NCBI GenBank assembly: GCA_025201805.1 | Contig: MU619358.1 | Span: forward strand, 46,032-97,535 | Direction: 5' to 3' | DNA length: 51,504 nucleotides | From: Parasitella parasitica NRRL 2501 | Taxonomy: Eukaryota; Fungi; Mucoromycota | Shown here: positions 24,419-36,191 of the stretch, one piece after another | Layout of the letters: each line of letters begins with the position of its first letter | Position numbering within the stretch: the stretch's first letter is position 1 | The notes under the pieces: generated by a model | Seen by the model: the letters and a program-made list of their open reading frames with translations, nothing else | Database searches by the model: none | What the model was told of the DNA's origin: nothing | Made by a program: the position numbers and the translations under genes

Positions 24419-24640
24419 TCTCTCTATTTCTTGATAGTTTCTAAAGTTATTAGAGATTGCAAATTAAGCCTTTAAGCGGGGAAAGAAGTAGAGATTTGGT
24501 GGTAATTAGTTCATCCAAAAAACGAAGATATAATGTAAAAATGGTTTTTGAGACCATTATATATAACATCTCAGCTATCGATTCATACCGAGGTATACCC
24601 ATGTTACCTATTTGAATCATGCTTTGCTCCTCTGTTGAAG
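24419..24640 (+). repeat. Degenerate direct repeat, copy 2
   Basis: Colinear with 22936-23160 and ~1.48 kb downstream of it. Confidence 0.8.
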
Positions 24641-25096
24641 ACAGTGACTATACAGAGACTGTAAATCCAATCGCAGCAGTACATACCTTTCTGTTGCATC
24701 GATTCTATTGTAATTAGCTGTTATTAGACTGGTAACATGATAACTCGATGAGACAAATATTAGGCCTTTATTTGGGTGAAGAGAAAAAGTGTCAGACACG
24801 ATAAAAAAGCTCTTGGTAATTCGCTACCGATAATACCCGCATACAAGCAGTGTTCATATACAGCGATATTATCTCACTCGGGTTGCCACAGAAGACCTGA
24901 AGCTACTCTTGGAAAGCATTGTTCGCCAGAGATTCCCTTGCCTTGAAGGAAAATAAAATAAAATAAATTGGCTAGGGTAGCTAATAAGTCGATCGGAGTA
25001 CAAATGTATAAGTTTTTGCTGTGATGACGTGTCTTCAACCGGCTTTTCAAGTTTTTGTGTGGTCATTTTAAGTTTTGTCCTGTTTCAAAATCTACA

Positions 25097-28000
25097 ATGT
25101 TGGAAGAAAAAAAGCGCCTTCGACCTTCATCGTCAGGCGAAAATTTAGGATGTTTATTAATATGTAATAGAAGAATTAATAAAGCAAATGCTATATTGCA
25201 TTCGATCTTTTGATCATTTTTGCAAGCATTGGGAAACAAAAAGGTTGGGATCAGGAACTATGTCCGAAAAGAAAAAAAAGGAAGCAAAAGATATCTCAGA
25301 CCAACAATGACATCTAGGATGGTCAGGGTGGTGGAGGGGATGCATATGGCTATTAAGGAAGGTCAATGACAACATGGATGCCCTCGCATCGTGCATAAAA
25401 AAAAGATTGTAGCAGAGGAGGGACAAACAGAGGAAGCAAATCACAACCGGTTCACCATAGATAAGGAAAGTATTAGGACGCTTGTAAGGCCGGGGAAGCC
25501 CACAATTGTCCAGGCGGAGGATCCGTTGTGTAATCCCCATCGGGATTACAGAGTTGGTCGAAATGCCAAAGAAGAGTACAGAGATCAGTCCACCAGGGTG
25601 GACAGTTGGAGGAGGAGGGAGAGGTCGGCAACAGATTCAGTGCATGGTCGATAATCGTGCCATGAAAGGAATCTGGTAGTGGTGGCAGTGTGACGAGAGC
25701 AAATGAGGTGGCAGGGTGGGACACTCATGGAGATGGCGGCGAGAGGTGTGATCAGTGTTGTAGATGCAAGGTCGAGGTTTACCAGGTAGCCAGCCCATGC
25801 GGTACCGAACAAGTCGGCTACGGCAGCGACCTTCATCGTCAGATGGTAATGAGCCTGCTGGCAGAAATGGTAAGCCCTAGATAAATTAAGTTTTATCTTC
25901 AAGAATCCTTTTTTACTGACAGCATATATACTGTTGAAAGAAAAAAAACGCCTTCAACCTTTATCGTTAGATAATGCTGTGTATGCTGGCCAAAATGGTA
26001 AGCCTTAGATTAAAAGTAATATACCGATACTTAAAGTAAACCAACATAAATAGAATTGGAAAACTACATTGCTTCTACCAAAAAACCGCGTTTTAGCAAC
26101 TTTGTTGTTGAAAACAAACTTTTTTGATCAAGATCAGTTATTTACACTTTGGAAACAAAGATTTGCTTTGGTATTTAGATCATCTGGAAAAGAGATGATG
26201 AAAGACACGTAAGTCGCCAAGATACTTCTTGACATCATGTCAATCTAATCTGGTTTTTTTCATAAAGACTGAAGACAAGTAAGACAGATAAAGAACTACT
26301 ATTCGCGAAACGGTCGCTGCCAAGGTAAGTTCAGAGTTTTGAAACAATTTATACAGGTAATAATGGCGTTCAAATTAGAAAAAAGTACATGACAGATTCA
26401 CTATCGCTGGTCTAAATACTCTGGGAAGCATGAGCCAGATTGTTGAAAGAAGCCAAGCCGACTACATCAAATCACTAGAGAAGCAAATCAGTACTCAGGA
26501 AATCGATGTTAACAATACTCAAGAAGTCGCTGATACCACTACTCAGGAACTTGATGATAAACGCAATGATAGTATTACGCAAGAAGTTAGTGATGAATCT
26601 GATGCTACCACTTATTTCCATTAAGCTCATCGTCTAGCATACATCAAGGTATTAGGAAAATATGTCATGAAACACGTTTCCTGAATTTTAACCATCTTTT
26701 TGCTTCTTAGTTGAACGGGAATACACTGAAAAATGAAGAACTAGCTTCGTTAAATCAACTTATGGTCAACGCACCGGTAAACATCATCACATCTTTAGTC
26801 ACTCTGGGTGTCAAATATCTGAAGCAAGAGACTATCAATACAGAAGAATCCTTAATAACAATGTAAGATAGTGCTCACAATTTTACTGTAGATAGAAACT
26901 TATTCTCCATCCACCGTAGGTTATCTATTTCGGGTATTATTAATCTCTTGGACATCAAAATGATGGATATATACAGAAAATCGCTTACAGAAACACAATG
27001 GCAGCATGTTCTAGATGAAGAAAAAAGCATGATTATTAACAACTATTCTGGCTTAAACGATAAATCGAACAATATCTTGGATCGCCTGTTAGCCTTGAGA
27101 AATACAGATGAGATTTTGGAATATATTGACGAGCAAAAACATGTTCTTTCTAAAAGCAAGCAAAGCAGCCAACAGCCATAAATTATGCTTTTAATAGCTG
27201 AACAAATGTAAGTCGAGAAAGTGGAAAAGTACAATACATGTATATCTAAAAATGCAGTATCCACCTTTGATAGTGTTAGGAATTTCGCACGCTGGTCATC
27301 ATCCAAAGATGAATCTGAACTACCTGTCTACCGAAGATTCGCTGCACTATTTGACATATTACTTGATTCCACAAATATTGAGATGATTGAGTAAGTAGAT
27401 AAAAGCAAATGAGGTCAAACAAACAGATAATTGATGAATATATGGTTATATTTGTAGTGGCGAGAATACTAGTGAGGCAACAAAGGTGTCTATTGATATG
27501 AGCAAATCAATATTTGGGTTGGGTGAACAATCAAGTTCGTATGGTCGCAGAATTGATCTTATTCTTGGTGTAAGTCATTGGAAGAAACGAGTAGAAATTT
27601 CATCAAACGAATGGAAAAGAAACGCCGCTAGCCAAGAAGTTGTACAGAAACAACAATGCAAAAATCTAAGAACCAATGCATGTATTATCCAGCAGATAAT
27701 GACAAGATATAAAATTAATACATCTGTTATGGCTATGGATTTTGTTGGCAGCTGTGGCTGCCTTTACATGATGAAAAAAACTCAAGAACAAGTCTTTATT
27801 GCTAAGCCCGTGGCAAGGTTGGCGACCCCGTATCATGTTGATCATCTTAGTACCTTAAAACCAACATTGAACGCTCTATTTCAGATGAAGGTAAGTCAAC
27901 AATGTCTATTAGTAATTGGTGTATTTCTCTTATTTTTCTATTGCAATTTAGTCTTTTCTCATTGACCAAACAAGAAATATTAATGAAGCAATGTTTGAAC

Positions 28001-28165
28001 TGGATGTTAGCAATACGCTCCCCTCTCTAAGCCTTCCAAGTCTGTCCATTGCCTCTCCCTCAACAATCCCCGCCTCCTATATATTTTGGGAGACCAAGTG
28101 CAAGAATGAGCCTGCTCAAAAATAATGCTACTTTTCAATTCTCTGCATCTTCCGTGATTATGTAA
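25097..28165 (+). pseudogene. Multi-exon PD-(D/E)XK/REase-like gene, disrupted by a LINE insertion and nonsense codons
   Basis: Exon 1 reconstructs as MLEEKKRLRPSSSDGNEPAGRN/gtaagc once 25137-25842 is removed. Later exons include ELENYIAS...LWKQRF and GRRIDLIL...VEISSNEWKR...KNLRTNACI...MDFVG. In-frame TAA codons at 26622-26624 and 27179-27181. The 3' end is approximate. Confidence 0.6.
25137..25826 (-). mobile_element. 5'-truncated non-LTR retrotransposon (LINE-like) fragment with 16-bp target-site duplication
   Basis: Flanked by the exact repeat cgaccttcatcgtcag (25121-25136, 25827-25842). The minus strand encodes RSRLVRYRMGWLPGKPRPCIYNTDHTSRRHLHEC (degenerate CCHC-type ORF2 tail) and IDHALNLLP...WWTDLCTLLWHFDQLCNPDGDY. 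An AATAAA lies near the 3' end. Confidence 0.75.
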
Positions 28166-28518
28166 ATAAAATATCTATAGCTTCTTGTTCAATTCTGTCC
28201 AAATAATATCTGTTTTTTCCGAATCATTAGAGCCTAGTTCATGCATAAATCAACTGGTGTACACTTCATTGTTGCAACGAAGTAAGAGTTTTTGTCTGAA
28301 AAAGATCGTGGTTATTCTCCTCTTGATCCGTGGCTTCACTTTCATCTTTGTCATCTTCTTTGGAAAAACCTTAAGCTCGATGCAGCTGTATTTTTGAGAA
28401 GAGAGTAAACGATTATGGATCTCATGCTTAATAAAGTTTGCGCTTATACGGAACCGGAGGCACTGTAGTACTTGAATAAAAAACGTAGAAGTGCATTCAA
28501 TTTCTTTGATTTTCGCTT

Positions 28519-29907
28519 TTACTTAAAGTTTATTTTCAAAGCGTAACACTGTATTTTCTTATTAATTGAAATGAACAATGTTTTTAATGGTTCACCACGT
28601 AAGCAAATCTCAAAACAATTAGTAGAGTGCTGAACAAATGCTTGGAGGTGCTTAGGAGGAACACCATTACAAGCTTCAGCAATCCGAGTAGCCAAGTCTT
28701 CAGTAGCTTCGAATGAACTTCGGTTGACCTTATTTTTGACAATTGACCAAAACTGCTCTATTGGATTAAGCTCAGGAGAGTAAGGAGGAAGGTACCCTCT
28801 TGCAACTATCATTTTATCAATTTGGCCCGCTGTATGAATGGGTGCATTATCCATTACAATATAATAGCCTTTGAGTTCAGGAAAACAATCCATCTCATCC
28901 ATGGTTTTTTCAAGAAACTTCAGATAGTGACCAGTGACAATACCTTTTGAAGTTGACTTTTTCTTTTGAGCTGGTGCTTTCCTTTCACGATTACTAAAGT
29001 CAATTTAGATTCGTTTTGAGGTTTCTTCTTGGGGATTTCGAAGTTCGATAGAAACAACAAACTTTGCCGTGATAGCACCTAATACAGTATGAGAAACAGC
29101 TCTGCCGGTAGGAGTATCTGTGACAGCTGGCTTTCCTTTCAATGACCATCCACTAGGTGGCCTCCTGTTGATATTAAACCCGGACTCATCGACAAAAACA
29201 CAATTTTCCAAATAGTTCATATCCGTTGCACTCCACTTAGTAACCCAATCCTTGCGATCTTGAATTTTGGTTGGATTATTTCTAGCAGCTGGTTGAGTTG
29301 TCAGCTTTTTGAAGGAAAGATTGCACTCAGTTTTCAAAAAGTTATGGACAGTGCTCTTCTTCACACTAAGATCCGAGAATTTTTGTGTGAGAAAGTTCAT
29401 TGCATCAGCTATTCGTGCTTGTGGCCGGTCGTCGTAAAAATCTAGAAGGTGAAGTTTGTGCCTATCATCTAATTGTGGTTTTGGTCTATTAACCAAATTG
29501 GTTTGCTTCTCAAAAATATTCCAGTCCTTGTCCTCCTTGAGTTTTTTGGCCCATTTTTGTGCTGTTCGATCGTTTATACCGCCTGCGAAGCGCCCGGATT
29601 TTAGCTGCATTGAATAGCTTGATTCTGTTATAATACACAAATAGAAGCTTTTGCTCATTAGAGTAATTATGATAACTCTTTGTTTGTTTTTTAACTATGG
29701 CTATAACATCCTCCATATCAATATCAAATTTTTTAGGTCCTCTTGAAACGATAACTGTTCATCTTCTTGCTTTTCGCAGTACTCTCTTATACGAGTTAAA
29801 GTTTTTAAATGGAAAGGGGTAACTTCCTCAAAGCAATCCATAGCATCATTTCCTTGCTCATCAACCATTCCGCCTTGGCCGTCTTCATAATAAAAACGAG
29901 TAGTCAT
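28519..29907 (-). mobile_element. Tc1/mariner-IS630 DDE transposase pseudogene (frameshifted)
   Basis: HTH-like INDRTAQKW and KSTVHNFL; catalytic motifs CVFVDESGFN, YIVMDNAPIH and YLPPYSPELNPIEQFW, spread over several frames. TIRs not located. Confidence 0.9.
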
Positions 29908-31199
29908 CTTATCTCTTATATATAAAAAAAAAACGAACTTTGAGAATTAAAACCGGCTTTTGAGTGTATGTTTCCATTGAGCCGAAACAGATTTGGAAGG
30001 TTTCATTTGCTAAATATCTCAAGGAAGTAATATATGTATCGAATACATCTAAGAGTTTCCTGACAAAAGAAGAGTCCTGAATCCAACCATAAAAATTACA
30101 AGGCTTTACAAATACACCTTTAAATTGCCAATACTCAAAAAGCACTTTTCTGATAGTTTTTCGTTGAGTAAATGCGAATATATTTGAGCACATCCAATCC
30201 TTTAAACTCAACCAAACCGTTTATAGCGTTAGTATCTTAACATCAATATCCTGTTTAAAGCCATAGATCTGTAATTTTCGCCGAAAATCAAAATCTTGTC
30301 TCGACCATATTGAGCAGGCAATGACTTTTGCCTATGTATACAAGGGATTTGGGACAGCTAATGTTGTAATATATAGAATGGAGATAATAATACCAGAATG
30401 ATCTATAGGTATGTATCTGGTGTATGGTTGTAGCCATGTTGTTCTGTGGGCATAGAATAATATAGGAAAAGGATCAATTGATATGTTTCATACAGCTACA
30501 AAAATACCTGATTTTAAGTTTCTCTACACTTAAATGCGGTGCAATTTGAAGTCGTTGTAGCCATTTCCTTTATAAAACTGATGCCATCATTAGCATATTC
30601 TTCATATACTATTTCACAGTCGATTATAGCTCTGTCTACATACGTTATCGGATAATTGATCTAGCCGCTGGTAATTTGCCTACTCTTATTGATAAAATAT
30701 TATACAGGAACAAAACTATTGTTGTACGAAATCAAGGAAAATGACGGAGCACATGTAAATACCACCTATCATGCTTCCTTTCTTCATTGCTACAGTGCAT
30801 CAAGTGGCATCTTATATGTTAAGCAAAGCCATTGACAGAAGCACGATTTTTCTGTAGTTTGGCAAGTCGCAATCACTGACCACCAGCTACACCAACAAAC
30901 TTCAGCCCATTGCAGAGACAAGCTTTTAGTCGACTTTGTAGCTATTTAATTATTCATTTTTATTGTTTATATACTAGAGGGGAAGATTACGAGACGGCAG
31001 TTGCAACGATAGAGGAACTGATTATCTTGTACCCTATCCGCTCTATGCATACCTTACTAAATAAGATAGACCATCAGGTTATGCTTTTTGATTAAACGAG
31101 TTGCTATACCGGCTGATTTGTCACTGATTGTTTAAATTATGGCCCTTTTTCTTTCTTTTCATGCTTGGTTACGGTCAGGTATCTTTCGTATTTGTAAGT

Positions 31200-31992
31200 T
31201 ACATAAGCTGCATAAATCTATGCTCGTATTAAAAAAAAAAAAAAAAAAAAAGGAGTGTATCAGTATAAAGGCAATTAACGTCCAAGATGCTAGGCTACCT
31301 GCTGCAAATAAATACTCGAGGCTGTAGCTCCTATAAATACAATGATAATGGTGATCATATTATTGAGATTTGCAGGCATATCTAGATTGTCAGGCATGCT
31401 AATCTTGGACCATTCAGATGACGAAGCCCATATGCATTCAATCAATGTCAAAGGCGTACTTAAGATATCAAAGAATAATAGATATTTGTGATACTTGACA
31501 AGCTTGGGAGATTTCTATATACATATTTATCAGTCAATAGTAATATTTCATAAATGACACCTTATGTACCTTGTAGCTTCCAATCATACCAATGATGTAA
31601 GTACTTGCAGAAATAATAGAAAACACATTTATTGGTCCATTGATGTAAGGGATTCTGATATGGAAATATCTATCAGGATAATCCTGTACTAAACGTTGCA
31701 AATTTAGCAAGTTAAATTGCACATTAAACCCAAGTTTTCACTAACCAGGTAAGCTTATGTCTGTTATACCAGCTAATTCTGCATTAGTGGCATTCATAGA
31801 ACTAACATAGTTTGCTGTGGCAAGTTCGATCAAATATGGAAACGTCTACGACAAGGTGAACATTTTAGTATCTTGAATGATAGAATCGTCCAAAGAGATT
31901 ACCAAGGAGCAAAAGGAATTGAGAAAAACGCCAGCCCTTAAGGAGAGGCAACAGTAACATCTGTTGAAACAGGCTAGAATTTCCTTTGACAT
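31200..31992 (-). CDS. Small multi-exon, multi-pass membrane protein
   Basis: Exon 1 is MSKEILACFNRCYCCLSLRAGVFLNSFCSL followed by a GT donor. A later hydrophobic exon reads NVFSIISASTYIIGMIGSYK. The 3' end is uncertain. Confidence 0.45.
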
Positions 31993-32319
31993 ATTGAGAT
32001 GAAAATAAATGCTTATGCAAAGAAGTGGATTTTGTGTTTTTATACCTACCATAGTTTACGCTTGTGTCACTTTGCAAAGACTTTAATTGTGAATAATGTT
32101 CTGTATTCAATCAAGAAGCTCAGTAGTTTGACTCATAAAGTATTTGTGTTTCCCGACTTGATATCACAAAAAAAAAAAAAAATACTAAACTAAACATCAG
32201 ACACTAAACATTTGCACGATGCATTCACTTCTGATGGTAGAGAAAATATTTGGCGTGAGCCCACATCTTGTTTTGTGCAAGGCACGATCAATATGTAATC
32301 AAAATCACAGCGAAATCAA

Positions 32320-34092
32320 GCAAGCAGAATTCCATCTTGAATTTATTCANNNNNNNNNNAAAAAAAAAAAAAAAAAAAAAAAAAAAGAAAAGTTAAAAAT
32401 CTTCATAATCATCTATCAAAATCAACGGATCATGTTAAATCGTACCATTGTTGTTACAAAAAAAAAGTTCCTTACCTTCTATACCATTAATTGCATGCAA
32501 GAAGAACAAGACAATATTCGATGTACATTGCATATTAAAACCATGGTACAAACCTCGCAGGCTCCAATCTGTCAAAATGCTCTTCTTTTGGAACTTTTTA
32601 CTACCCATCTTCTTTCTAAGGTGAGGATGTCCTCCTTCCTCCTTGATGATGCAATAAGCAGCGTTCGCCATGCCTGTGTATGGTACAGTTCGCATAGCTA
32701 CTACAGGCTCAAACCTCTTATTTCCAGGAGTTCTAGTTCTAATTTGACATTGCAGACGTTTGCGAATGGTGTCCAGTGGCAGCGTTATTAACACCTCTAA
32801 TGTGTTCAAACTTAACTCTGCAAGACTATACAGGAATGGTGAATCATTGGCAGAGATGCGAAGTCCACGGTCGATGATTAAAGGTGTGATATTTTGCAAT
32901 AATGGAGTTATGGTATGGAAGACGATGGTCGGTAAGAAATTGTGCGACAAGTAAAGGCCCTTGATGCCTCCTTCTTCCTGAATGATTGTTCGAAGTGCGT
33001 GGAAAGGACCCTTGTACTTTCTCTGTAAAGGTGAAGCAGATTGAACCTGCAGTCTAATGCAAATCAGCTGTTAACTGCTAATCCTTAATTTTCGTTGCTT
33101 TTCGATAAATGTTTACCTTGTTCTAATTAACTCTAAAGGACTAAGCACAAACCCAACAATGAGATTACTAGCCACCAACGTAGCCAAATTGGGGCCGACA
33201 TGATCCAAATGAACAAGAGGAATGGTATCGTCGTACAAGTCAAACATGTCGTTTAAGGTGCCCTCTAACGTGGGTTGCAGAAACAAATGTGAAATTTCGT
33301 AAATCCAGTTTGTGTATTGTCCCTTGAATAATGAGCGCCATCCTTCATGAGGTTGTTTCATCAGCTTTCCAATGCCTTGCCAAACACCGCCATCAAAAGG
33401 CTTCATCTGATGTGGCGGCCTGGTCAAATCATCGTATACACTTTCACGAATTACATATCCACTGGCATCCACAGTAACTTTCTTTTTAAAAGACGGATCA
33501 TCTACATCAATTGTTCCTGAAATTAAAGGATCGTTCCCTGCTGAATAACGTCTTCTACGTCTCGAGCCATCCTCATCATAAAAATCCCCTTCTTCTGAAT
33601 CCTCTGAATCGTACTGTATGGAGAAATCATATATGAGTCAATTTGATTCATATTTCATGTAAAATAAAATAAAATAAAATAAAATTAAAAAAAAGGGCAA
33701 ACTACCGTCTTTTCGTTTTCCAGATCATCTTCGTCTACATCTTCGTCGTCGACAGTTGTCATGGTCCGTGTAATTGAAGTAACCTCTGCGTCTTCTCGAG
33801 GCATATATTGAACTTGCAGCAAAGTTTTCGATACTTCAAATGGACTACTGACAGCAGTTGTTAGATATTTCAAGACAGCGAAATTGATCAGCTCTCTTGC
33901 AGCAGCTTTGGAGTCGATCAAATCGTCAACCTCGCTATTGTTATAATATGAAGAGGCTACAGTTTGAGCATCGGGGACGATAGTGTAGTTTCCATTACCA
34001 AGGCCTGGGGTATAGTAAGGTCTCAACCCATTTCCGCCTTTACCTACTGACGAGGGAAATGTTGCAAAAGGATGGCTTTGGTCCGCAGGCAT
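32320..34092 (-). CDS. UGO1: Mitochondrial fusion protein Ugo1 (degenerate carrier family), multi-exon
   Basis: N-terminal LRPYY, carrier motifs PFEVSKTLLQVQ, PLELIRTR and PLDTIRKRLQ, an acidic loop and EGWRSLFKG. The last exon lies next to an N-gap. Confidence 0.85.
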
Positions 34093-34776
34093 TTTTCAAA
34101 TATATAAAAATCTTAACAAGGGGTGGTGAAGGAATGGCGTAGCGTTTCGTCCTCTCTCGCATCTGTCTGTGTTTCCTTCTATTTTGAATTGTAAATTTGA
34201 CATCGACGTCACCTTCCACTTTCTATTATGGCTCAAACAGCAGAACCAGAACCAAGAAGGAATCCCTATTGGCAATGTCAAATAAATGTATTACACTGCC
34301 TGGTGTTCTCTTCATTTTCCTAAAGAAGAGACGAATTTGATCTAATAGTCATCTTATGCCATCATCGTCTCCATTTGCTAATGGATCTGTTTGTGGTAAA
34401 AGCAAATAAGGCATTTCAGCATCGTCATGATGATTCTGTGATTTTCCATTTTTTTCGTAATAATTACTTGTTTTGCCTTTTGGGTTATTTAAATCATAGT
34501 TTGCGACTATTTCATGCTGTAATGTACTGATGCTAGCAGCATTTAATGGGCTCGACCAATTTGAAGAGCCGGAGAAGTTGCCTTTTGAAGATTAGACTCG
34601 AGGGAATGACATAGAACAATCGTCGATCTTTAACAACGTCATGATGATTCTGAGAATTATGAAATGCATGAAATCATTGTCAAACAAAAGAACAAAAAGT
34701 ATAAATACGCTGCTGATCGACTTCAAACATTATTAAAAATTATTCTTGTATCGAATTTAAAACAAATATATATAAC

Positions 34777-35769
34777 ATGTCTGCCTTCAATAACAATAAC
34801 ACCTCTGTCAACAACGCTGGCGTCGATCCCACTCGTCGTCCCAACGCTGGTCAATTGAATGAAAACCATGGTATTGCTGCTACTGGTTTGAATGAGCCTC
34901 ACACTCATGCTACTGTCCCTGCTACTCAAGGCACCACTGCCGAACGACGCTCTGATCACCTGAACTATTCAGGTGCCCCAATTGCTGCCAACAAGGTTGA
35001 TCAAGCTAGTACTCAACACCCTTCTTCGACCAACTACGCTGCCGGTACTGGTATCCCTCCTGTAAATAATTCCGAACATACAAGAGAAAATGCTATGTCA
35101 GGATCCCATAATGTGCAAAACCCTTCCCCAACCAATCGCACCGCCGCCACTGGCATTCCACCTGTAAATACTGCCGAACATGCAAGAGAAAATGCCTTGT
35201 CAGGATCTCATAATGTGCAAAACCCTTCCTCAACCAATCGCACCGCCGCCACTGGCATTCCACCTGTAAATACTGCCGAACATGCAAGACAAAATGCTGC
35301 TCAAGAAGCTCTTTCAGGACATAACGGTCATCATCATAACGCTGGTACTGGTGTAGGCTCCCATGGTAGTGCCACTGCTGCTGCTGGTGCAGGACATGCT
35401 GCCGCTGACAGACTCTCTGACAACAATCACAGAGATGGCAATCATCACATAGATAGCCATACTTCCGCTGTCAAGGGCGACCACGGTGCATCCCACCACA
35501 CTGATCATCACATTCCCGGTGTTACTGGTACTACTGGAATGAGACATGCTGGCGAACCTCAACATGATGGACTTCTTCCCAACAAGAAACATAACCACTT
35601 GGATGACAATACTACATCGGGCGCCCATCCTGCCACTTCTGATGGTGTTGAAGGCAAGCCCTCTGCTGGTGACAAGATCAAGGGTAATCTTGAGAAGATG
35701 GCTGGCAAGATCTCAGGCAACGAAGCTAAGGTCATCGCTGGAGAGAACAAAGCAGCTGGCCGCACTTAA
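34777..35769 (+). CDS. His/Gly/Ala/Asn-rich hydrophilin (LEA/dehydrin-like) with a CsbD-like C-terminus
   Basis: 330-aa ORF with no hydrophobic core and C-terminal KPSAGDKIKGNLEKMAGKISGN. TATA tataaata at ~34700. Confidence 0.8.
   Translation: MSAFNNNNTSVNNAGVDPTRRPNAGQLNENHGIAATGLNEPHTHATVPATQGTTAERRSDHLNYSGAPIAANKVDQASTQHPSSTNYAAGTGIPPVNNSEHTRENAMSGSHNVQNPSPTNRTAATGIPPVNTAEHARENALSGSHNVQNPSSTNRTAATGIPPVNTAEHARQNAAQEALSGHNGHHHNAGTGVGSHGSATAAAGAGHAAADRLSDNNHRDGNHHIDSHTSAVKGDHGASHHTDHHIPGVTGTTGMRHAGEPQHDGLLPNKKHNHLDDNTTSGAHPATSDGVEGKPSAGDKIKGNLEKMAGKISGNEAKVIAGENKAAGRT
35045..35300 (+). repeat. Intragenic 102-nt (34-aa) tandem repeat, ~2.5 copies
   Basis: ENAxSGSHNVQNPSxTNRTAATGIPPVNTAEHAR is repeated. 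TGIPPVN occurs three times. Confidence 0.9.
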
Positions 35770-36191
35770 ATTACTATATCCACACTTTTTTACTGTATTA
35801 TTTTTCTGTGAATGCCTTGTAAATGAAAACCCCCTTAAAGAAAATCATAAATTTGTAATAAAAAATATTTTTGTCAAACAAAAATTACCTTTTGAACTTG
35901 CTGTAATGAAATGTATCATTTTGGAATGAGGTATATATATCACAGAGTAATAAAAGAGGTATAGAACGCATTTCAATGAGTTCATTGTTTATTACAGCTA
36001 TTGTCTTTGTGTAAATGCTGAAACTGGATGCTTTCAATGTGATTTTTCACCAAAAGTCCAATAACATTTGATGAAATAGCGTAAAGCCATCTGGGAACTC
36101 CATAACTAGCCTGTGCATAAATACATATGGTAGCGCTTCAAGAGGTTTATTTAATAATATACACGGATAAAAACAAAAGATAAATATTGGA

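Noticed and set aside
25110-25145. Hammerhead-ribozyme-like CUGAcGA...GAA on the minus strand at the LINE junction
   Set aside because: No GAAA, no stem II/III and no NUH site. The sequence is explained as exon codons plus the TSD.
25097-26011. Three copies of a gaccttcatcgtcag-like motif as a CRISPR-like or regulatory array
   Set aside because: Explained by a TSD plus a duplicated exon. Spacing is irregular and the context is eukaryotic.
32219-32791. 190-aa plus-strand ORF with poly-Lys
   Set aside because: Runs through an N-gap and poly(A) tract, antisense to UGO1.
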